From IMG/VR virus record IMGVR_UViG_3300044750_000007, positions 1 to 31,205 of that record: 31,205 bases of DNA. One strand, given 5' to 3'. The stretch comes from a virus. Lineage: Duplodnaviria; Caudoviricetes. The notes below the pieces were generated by a model. The model worked only from the letters and a program-made list of their open reading frames with translations, had not been told where the DNA came from and ran no database searches. Positions 25,549-31,205 of the stretch are shown here, piece after piece. The stretch's first letter is position 1; each line of letters begins with the position of its first letter. Both the position numbers and the translations under genes were made by a program.

Positions 25549-25941
25549 ATGCCTAAAGCAAGTCAGTTCATCAACGCCACGCGCACCATTTTGGTGCCGC
25601 TGACCTTCGAAGCGGATGGCGAGCGAAAGACGGAAGAGTTCAAGGTGATCTATCGGGCTTACAGCCCGAAAGTTGCGCGCGAGCTAGCCGCCCTCGAGGA
25701 AGACGAAACTAATCGGAGCGTGGCTAAGTCGCTCGCCGGTGTTGTCGTTTCGCTTCCCGATATTACCGACGACAACGAGCGCCCGCTGGCAATCACTGAG
25801 GAGACTCTTAATGAATTCGCGAATGAGAATCTAACGGCCATTTACCAGGCCATCTTAAAAGACATTCGCCCTACTCCAGCGCCGACGACATCCACCGTCT
25901 CGCCGTCTACCTCCGCGACGGAACCGGCGGCGCAGAATTAA
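25549..25941 (+). CDS. Tail assembly chaperone (gpG-like)
   Basis: RBS AAAGGA; acidic 130-aa protein between tube and tape measure; low-complexity P/T/S tail after IRPT. Confidence 0.75.
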   Translation: MPKASQFINATRTILVPLTFEADGERKTEEFKVIYRAYSPKVARELAALEEDETNRSVAKSLAGVVVSLPDITDDNERPLAITEETLNEFANENLTAIYQAILKDIRPTPAPTTSTVSPSTSATEPAAQN

Positions 25942-26132
25942 ACATTCCCGAGCTGCCATCGCTGGCGCTGGCGGTTCGGTTCAAAAAGAGCTTTACGGAA
26001 ATCGACGAGGGTTGGAGCGAACGTGATCTGAATCTGGCGCTGCTCTACGTGCACGCGCAATCACTGGCGAGAGAACCCGATGACAAAGTCTTTTATCGCA
26101 ACATCGCCACGCTGTTGATGAAGGAAGAATGA
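25869..26132 (+). CDS. gpT-like -1 frameshift extension of the chaperone
   Basis: -1 frame open 25827-26132 with no early ATG: PYSSADDIHRLAVYLRDG...LALAVRFKKSFTEIDEGWSERDLNLALLY...; its stop overlaps ATG 26129 (ATGA). Confidence 0.7.
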   Translation, partial: PYSSADDIHRLAVYLRDGTGGAELNIPELPSLALAVRFKKSFTEIDEGWSERDLNLALLYVHAQSLAREPDDKVFYRNIATLLMKEE

Positions 26133-26800
26133 TAACGCCGCGAATCACCATCAAACTCGAGGGCAACCCGCATCTGGAAAAACAGACGCGGTTCGCGCTG
26201 GCGTCGGCGCTGACCAAGGTCGGCAAGGAGGCGCAGACCGCCGTGCAGAAATCTCTGCGCGGCACATTCCAAATAAGAAACAATTGGCTTGAGCAGTCGA
26301 ACGCGCTAGGCATCCGCATCAAGCCGGCGAAGAAAGATGATCTCACTATCACTATCGGGACGGCTGCTGAATTCCTCGAAAAGTTTATGAAGGGAACTGC
26401 CGGCAGCGTGGTGATCCATTCGCCTCTGCATGGTCGCTTTTTGGCGGTGCCCACGACAAACGTGCGTCGCACAAAAAGACAAATCATTCAGGCCGTGCAA
26501 CGACCGGCCGCTCTACGCGGCAAGCGTGATTTTGTCCTACCAATGCGCAAGGGCGGCGGTTTCGTACTCTTTCAATCTGTGGGTCGACGCGCAACTCGCA
26601 CGGCATCTCTCAACGAGGCTCTCAGCAAATACGGAAAGCGCCGGGGCAACCGTCAGATAGTGGCCCTTTATATCCTGAAGCCCACCGTCAAGATCCGCGA
26701 AGTCGACGTGTTGCAGGGGCCGGTGCATGACACATTCGCCAAACGTTTCGGCATCGTTTTCGAAGACCAGTTAATTAAAGCTTTTAAGACCGCGAGGTAG
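26129..26800 (+). CDS. Tail completion protein (gpZ-like), basic
   Basis: KQTRFALASALTKVGKEAQ...EDQLIKAFKTAR. Confidence 0.7.
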   Translation: MITPRITIKLEGNPHLEKQTRFALASALTKVGKEAQTAVQKSLRGTFQIRNNWLEQSNALGIRIKPAKKDDLTITIGTAAEFLEKFMKGTAGSVVIHSPLHGRFLAVPTTNVRRTKRQIIQAVQRPAALRGKRDFVLPMRKGGGFVLFQSVGRRATRTASLNEALSKYGKRRGNRQIVALYILKPTVKIREVDVLQGPVHDTFAKRFGIVFEDQLIKAFKTAR

Positions 26801-26803
26801 CCG

Positions 26804-29350
26804 ATGGCCAGACAAATCACCGCATTCCGCGAGAAAATTGAAGTCACCGTGGATGGCAAGCAGGGGCTCGGCACGCTATCGCTCGTCGAGCAAAAGCTCA
26901 AATCCTTCACGCACTCTTTTAGCGGCGCGCTCGGCGTGGTGTCGAAGGAAGGGGGCGAGGGCATCCACAAAGTGCAGGGGCTGGGCTCCGCTATAAGCGG
27001 TCTCGTTGGCCCGGCGTCGATTGCGGTGGGCGCGATGTCCGCTGTAGGAGCCAGCATCTTCGGCGCCGGTGCCGCGATTTTCGCGCTTGTTGAAAAAGCC
27101 TCAGAGTTCGGCAGCCAGATTCACGACCTTGCCCAGCAGACCGGTCTCGGTGCTGAAACCATCAGCTCGCTAAAGTTCGCCGCAGACCAAAGCAGCGGTT
27201 CGATTGAAGAGTTCAGCAAGGGAATGAAGAAGTTTTCCCTCACCGTTGCCGAAGCTGCGCGTGGTTCGGAGGAGGCGGAAAAGAAACTCACCCGGCTGGG
27301 GGTTGATCCGAAAGCCGCTGTCCTCGACCTCGACAAAGCTCTGGGCCAGGCTCTAAGAAGTATCGCGAAGGCACCTCCCGGAATACTACAGACAGAGCGC
27401 GCCGCTGACGCCTTTGGCAGCAAGCTCGGAGCCAGTCTCATCCCGACAATTCTCTCCTTTGACGGCAATCTCGATCAACTGATTAGTCAGGTTAAGAAGT
27501 TGGGTGGAACGTTGAGCGATGCCGAGGCGGACGAGCTCGATAAGTTTGGAGACATGCTGGACACCGTCAAAGCTCAGGCCGCGGGAATGGCCAACCAGTT
27601 TGCTCTCGGGGTCGCTCCGGAGATAACGCGCGCGATGGGCGATATCTCCCGCTCTGCCATGGGCAACGCCTCTGTGATGAAGCAGTGGGGCGACGACGTG
27701 GGCGCGGCCATGCGCGGCGCGCGGAAGTTTGGGGAAAGCGAACTCGGCCAACTGCTCTTCTTCGTTTCGGAGCTTTCCGTTAAGACCAACTTGTTAGTGC
27801 TCGCTTTCAAGGGACTGAAATCGTTGGGTGGTGGCTCAGAGGACGGCGGCGGAACGGGGGAGGATGTGTACGGGCCTGGCGGCACCATGCGAGGCGGTCG
27901 CAAGAACCTTCCCGGTACAGCCGAATTCAAAGCAGAGGCGGCGCGCAGAGCAGGCTTAGCGGGAATGGAGCAAGACGCCCGCGAGAAGGCGGCGAAGTCA
28001 GCTAAGGCGACCACGGACCCTCTCTCTTCATTTAAGCGGATTGCTGAAAGCACGGGGCTCTCCGTTCGCTTCTTTGGAAAGGAAACCGAGCAGGCAAGGG
28101 TTGAGCAGTCGCTTCTGGCAGCGGACCTTGACAAGGTCAATCCCAAGCTAAAGGAGCAGGCGCTCCTCTATGCAGATATCGCCATCAAAAACGCCCAAAT
28201 GCTCGACGTCCTAAAAGGGGAGGCTGACAGGGAGGCAAAGATTAAGAAAGAGCTGGTGGCTGCGACCGAGGCCCTGACAGGTTTTCAAGAGCGCCAGGAA
28301 GAGCGAGTGCGCCAGGCGAAATACGGCGCGAAGACCCACCTCGATCTCATCAATGACGAGATTGGTGCTTTACTCAAGCTCAATTCAGTAGTAACAAGAG
28401 CGAACGAACTCAGGAACCCTCGCTTGGGCCATGCCGCACTAACTCCAGACCCTCACCCTCGTGTAGAAGTAAAAACCAACGATTTGATTGCGGCGCGTTT
28501 TGGCGCGATAGCCCAAGACTTTAAGGAAGATGCAGATACGTTGGTTAATGAAGCTTTGCTACCAATGGCCGATGCCTTCGGGGAATTGGGCGCGGCCGCG
28601 AACGACTTTGAATTACAAATGAGCGACATTGGAAGACGGTTGGAAGAGGCGCTTGGGCCGCCCCCGGCAGAAAAGCTCGATCAATGGAAGTCCGCATTTG
28701 CCGGTCTCAAGGATGCTGGCATGGACGCGTTTCACCAGCTGGGCCAAGGGTTGGGCGACATGCTCGGTAGCTGGGTGATACTCGGCGACCAGGCTGAGTT
28801 GAGCATGGGGAAGATGGTGGCGTCCGTGCTGGCCGGCGTCGCGGCGCAGTCCCTTGTTCTGGCCATCTTTGAAACCGCTAAAGGCTTCGCGTCCCTGTTC
28901 TGGAATCCGGCAGAAGCGGCCGCGCACTTCCACGCAGCCGCAATGTTTGGAATTCTGGCGGCCGGGGGCGCCGGGTTGGGAAGACTGGCAGCTGGCGATA
29001 AGTTCAAGGACAAAGAACCGGAGCCGCGCGCCATGGGTGGTCCAGTGCGGCGCGGCATGTCTTACATCGTTGGTGAACGCCGGCCGGAACTCTTTGTGCC
29101 AAACTCTGACGGTTACGTTCACCCGCGAGTCGGCGGTGGCTCGGGAGGCGGCGACGCAATGATGGCCCGGCTTCTGGCGGCACTCGATAGAAGCAACGCC
29201 GCTACCGAGCGGCAAAACGCCTTTCTCGGACGAATGGAAAATTGGCGCCCGCATGACGTCGTCAAGATGGGCGCGCGAGGGCTGATTGACGCCTATGACC
29301 AGGACGCTGGGTTGATCGAACTGAGCAGCCGGCGTCACCGACTACCATGA
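26804..29350 (+). CDS. Tail tape measure protein
   Basis: 848 aa, Ala/Gly-rich helical; DLAQQTGLGAETISSLKFAA; C-terminal RAMGGPV...YIVGERRPELFVP. Confidence 0.93.
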   Translation: MARQITAFREKIEVTVDGKQGLGTLSLVEQKLKSFTHSFSGALGVVSKEGGEGIHKVQGLGSAISGLVGPASIAVGAMSAVGASIFGAGAAIFALVEKASEFGSQIHDLAQQTGLGAETISSLKFAADQSSGSIEEFSKGMKKFSLTVAEAARGSEEAEKKLTRLGVDPKAAVLDLDKALGQALRSIAKAPPGILQTERAADAFGSKLGASLIPTILSFDGNLDQLISQVKKLGGTLSDAEADELDKFGDMLDTVKAQAAGMANQFALGVAPEITRAMGDISRSAMGNASVMKQWGDDVGAAMRGARKFGESELGQLLFFVSELSVKTNLLVLAFKGLKSLGGGSEDGGGTGEDVYGPGGTMRGGRKNLPGTAEFKAEAARRAGLAGMEQDAREKAAKSAKATTDPLSSFKRIAESTGLSVRFFGKETEQARVEQSLLAADLDKVNPKLKEQALLYADIAIKNAQMLDVLKGEADREAKIKKELVAATEALTGFQERQEERVRQAKYGAKTHLDLINDEIGALLKLNSVVTRANELRNPRLGHAALTPDPHPRVEVKTNDLIAARFGAIAQDFKEDADTLVNEALLPMADAFGELGAAANDFELQMSDIGRRLEEALGPPPAEKLDQWKSAFAGLKDAGMDAFHQLGQGLGDMLGSWVILGDQAELSMGKMVASVLAGVAAQSLVLAIFETAKGFASLFWNPAEAAAHFHAAAMFGILAAGGAGLGRLAAGDKFKDKEPEPRAMGGPVRRGMSYIVGERRPELFVPNSDGYVHPRVGGGSGGGDAMMARLLAALDRSNAATERQNAFLGRMENWRPHDVVKMGARGLIDAYDQDAGLIELSSRRHRLP

Positions 29351-29766
29351 CCCCAAACAGCCAACAACTCAAGACGTACCTGGCCTCCTTTTGTGCGGTG
29401 CAAATGCTCCCCGGCATCGTCATTACTGATGCTACCGAGCGTGCTGTTACCAGTCAGCCTAGTGCCTGTAAGCAAGGTGGGGCAGTCTTCAGTTGTGAGG
29501 TCGACTGGGAATCTAACCCAGACGGCAAGTTTGCTGCCGCGTTCGGCCACCACGCGCGCTTTCTGGTTCGTTATGAAGAAGCGGAAGCGAGGGAGTATGT
29601 GCTTAGCGAGGCCCACCGGTTTCTTCCAGAGGAAGACGGGTGGACGGGCCACAACGTGACCTTAACGGAAATTCCCCGGGCCAGGTTCGTCGAGGTGCGG
29701 GTTTTTATAACCGCAAGGGAAATATGGGATCGAATCCTTCGGCTTACCGGCTTCCGTTCAACTTAA
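29347..29766 (+). CDS. Hypothetical protein
   Basis: ATGA-coupled to the tape measure gene. Confidence 0.6.
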   Translation: MTPNSQQLKTYLASFCAVQMLPGIVITDATERAVTSQPSACKQGGAVFSCEVDWESNPDGKFAAAFGHHARFLVRYEEAEAREYVLSEAHRFLPEEDGWTGHNVTLTEIPRARFVEVRVFITAREIWDRILRLTGFRST

Positions 29767-29774
29767 AACGTTTT

Positions 29775-29966
29775 ATGACAGAACCCAAAACCATTGAGAC
29801 AGTCTGGCCAGATAAAAGCTTCGGGCAGTTTGGCGGGCACGTCCTGGAGCACCTCTTCGACACGCAGGAAGAGTTTCGTTCCGGCGCGCTCGCCGGCAAG
29901 CGGTTTCGAGTGCGCGTGACGATAGAGATCGAACCGGTAGCAGAAGAGAACGCAAGCGATGCCTGA
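29775..29966 (+). CDS. Small hypothetical protein
   Basis: ATG 29775, MTEPKTIETVWP...; overlaps the next start. Confidence 0.55.
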   Translation: MTEPKTIETVWPDKSFGQFGGHVLEHLFDTQEEFRSGALAGKRFRVRVTIEIEPVAEENASDA

Positions 29967-30501
29967 CCTGCTCACGCTCAACAGGACCGGTTTCCTGTTC
30001 ACCGAGACCGCGGCGAGCTGGAACATCCTGTCTGCCGACTTTGGGGACGGCTACGAAGCCGCGGCCACGGTTGGATCTCCGGAGGGGACGCGCGAGTGGA
30101 CTGTACGCGTCGACGTCTTACCAGATGGCGCCGACCGTGTGCCGGCACTTCCTGACGATCTGGACCAAGGGCCGTCATTCCTGTTAACCGAGGAAGTGGA
30201 AAGCGGCCGCCGGCTAACGGAAGAAGGTGGGCGGCGGCTGCTGGAATCGGGCGGTATAACGAGCACGCGCGCGAGTTATCTGTGGCGGTTCTTTCGCAAG
30301 AGTAAGGCGGCCGGCAATCAGCCGTTCTGGCTTGAGTTTGACGATCCGGATGATGGCGCTCGCAAGCTGTTCCTGGCGAGCTTTGTCGACCACCGGCTCA
30401 GTTACACGGTCCTCTGCGCCAAGGTCTATTCCACCGGTCTGCAGTTGCGCCAGCGGCGCCTGGCGGGCGTCGATTCCCCAATTCCTGTTTCCGAACCATA
30501 A
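29959..30501 (+). CDS. Distal tail protein, lambda gpM-like
   Basis: ADFGDGYE motif...YLWRFF...GNQPFW...LQLRQ. Confidence 0.75.
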   Translation: MPDLLTLNRTGFLFTETAASWNILSADFGDGYEAAATVGSPEGTREWTVRVDVLPDGADRVPALPDDLDQGPSFLLTEEVESGRRLTEEGGRRLLESGGITSTRASYLWRFFRKSKAAGNQPFWLEFDDPDDGARKLFLASFVDHRLSYTVLCAKVYSTGLQLRQRRLAGVDSPIPVSEP

Positions 30502-30513
30502 GGAGGTCTTGCA

Positions 30514-31205
30514 ATGCCCGATCCTGTAGACATGAAGCTGTCGGAGTTTCCTATCGTGACGTCGCTGCTGGGCGGCGACTACCTCGAGCTAATCCGCGGC
30601 GAGGGCGCCGGCGCTAACAAACGCATCTCCGGTACCAGCCTCTTGCTGGCGGCGCTGCTGAAAGCCAACAACCTCTCGGACCTGGCCAGCGCGGCGGCGG
30701 CGCGCACCAATCTGGGCCTTGGCCTGATGTCGCAGCAGGGCACAACTATCAATTTCGACCTGACGGTTAACGGGGTCGTGAATGGGACTGCGTTTGTCGG
30801 CGACGGCTCCGGCCTGACCGGGATAGGCACGGGAACCGGCGGCATTATCAACACCGGCTCGACGACGATCGGCGGCGACAGTGACGCTAACGGCGTAGGC
30901 GTGGTTGCGATTCAGACGCGCGGAATCACTCGGCTTCAGGTTGAAAATAACGGCACGCTCTCTGCGAGTGGGACAAAGCTGACGCTGGGCGACAGTGCGG
31001 TACCGGCAAGCGCTCGCATTGACCTGACGACATGCCCGACGAACACGGCGACCGCTGGCCGGTTATTCAGTTGGTGGTCCCAAACTTTTGCCCTCGCCGG
31101 CGGCCCCGGCGGGGAGCCAAACTATGACGATGACGAGCAGCAGCGCAGTTACAACCGAACTACCAGTGGGGCAAAGCTGGTGGCGGGAATTAAGGATTAT
31201 GCCTG
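30514..31205 (+). CDS. Tail fibre / receptor-binding-type protein, runs off the right edge (not in the ORF track)
   Basis: RBS AAGGAGG; MPDPVDMKLSEFP...LKANNLSDLASAAAARTNLGLG...FVGDGSGLTGI; open to the window end. Confidence 0.85.
   Translation, partial: MPDPVDMKLSEFPIVTSLLGGDYLELIRGEGAGANKRISGTSLLLAALLKANNLSDLASAAAARTNLGLGLMSQQGTTINFDLTVNGVVNGTAFVGDGSGLTGIGTGTGGIINTGSTTIGGDSDANGVGVVAIQTRGITRLQVENNGTLSASGTKLTLGDSAVPASARIDLTTCPTNTATAGRLFSWWSQTFALAGGPGGEPNYDDDEQQRSYNRTTSGAKLVAGIKDYA

Larger units (their letters stand above)
1..31205. mobile_element. Temperate lambda-like siphovirus / prophage; both ends lie outside the window
   Basis: Repressor/Cro-like switch, early operon, TerS-TerL(GpA), lambda-type portal, HK97-type capsid, tail tube, chaperone, tape measure and gpM-like genes in canonical order. 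Whether 1-2640 belongs to the phage is inferred from adjacency; no att site or integrase seen. Confidence 0.93.

Noticed and set aside
1-31205. Diversity-generating retroelement, integrase/att, endolysin, tRNA, cos site
   Set aside because: No reverse transcriptase, TR/VR pair, recombinase or lysin motifs, or cloverleaf found by eye; cos cannot be located from sequence alone.

Overview
The window is most of a temperate, lambda-like siphovirus, probably a prophage. Its host is probably in Acidobacteriota (Blastocatellia/Pyrinomonadaceae-like); this is inferred from recalled protein resemblances, not a database search. Left to right it holds: (i) an accessory/regulatory arm with secreted proteins and a small signal-peptide precursor divergent from a TPR receptor with a C-terminal Fis-type HTH; (ii) a genetic switch (XRE repressor with no S24 protease domain, a divergent Ner/Cro-like gene, a sigma70 promoter and an operator); (iii) a translationally coupled early operon (DUF6948, Gly-X repeat protein, decayed metallopeptidase, excisionase-like HTH, DnaD-like, ParB-like, SNF2-MTase fusion, HNH); (iv) packaging and head genes (TerS, dcm remnant, GpA TerL, gpW-like, portal, protease-capsid fusion, decoration proteins); (v) tail genes (connector, terminator, tube, frameshifted chaperone, gpZ-like, tape measure, gpM-like, start of a fibre). 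No integrase, endolysin, RNA gene or CRISPR array is visible. The highlights are a candidate arbitrium-analogous peptide/TPR-HTH communication module beside the repressor; a major capsid protein with its two C-terminal HK97-fold elements swapped (BPP-1-like order) and CGGTAC direct repeats at the junctions; an 18-Cys metallothionein-like duplication in the protease-capsid linker; and a duplicated palindromic late-promoter motif.
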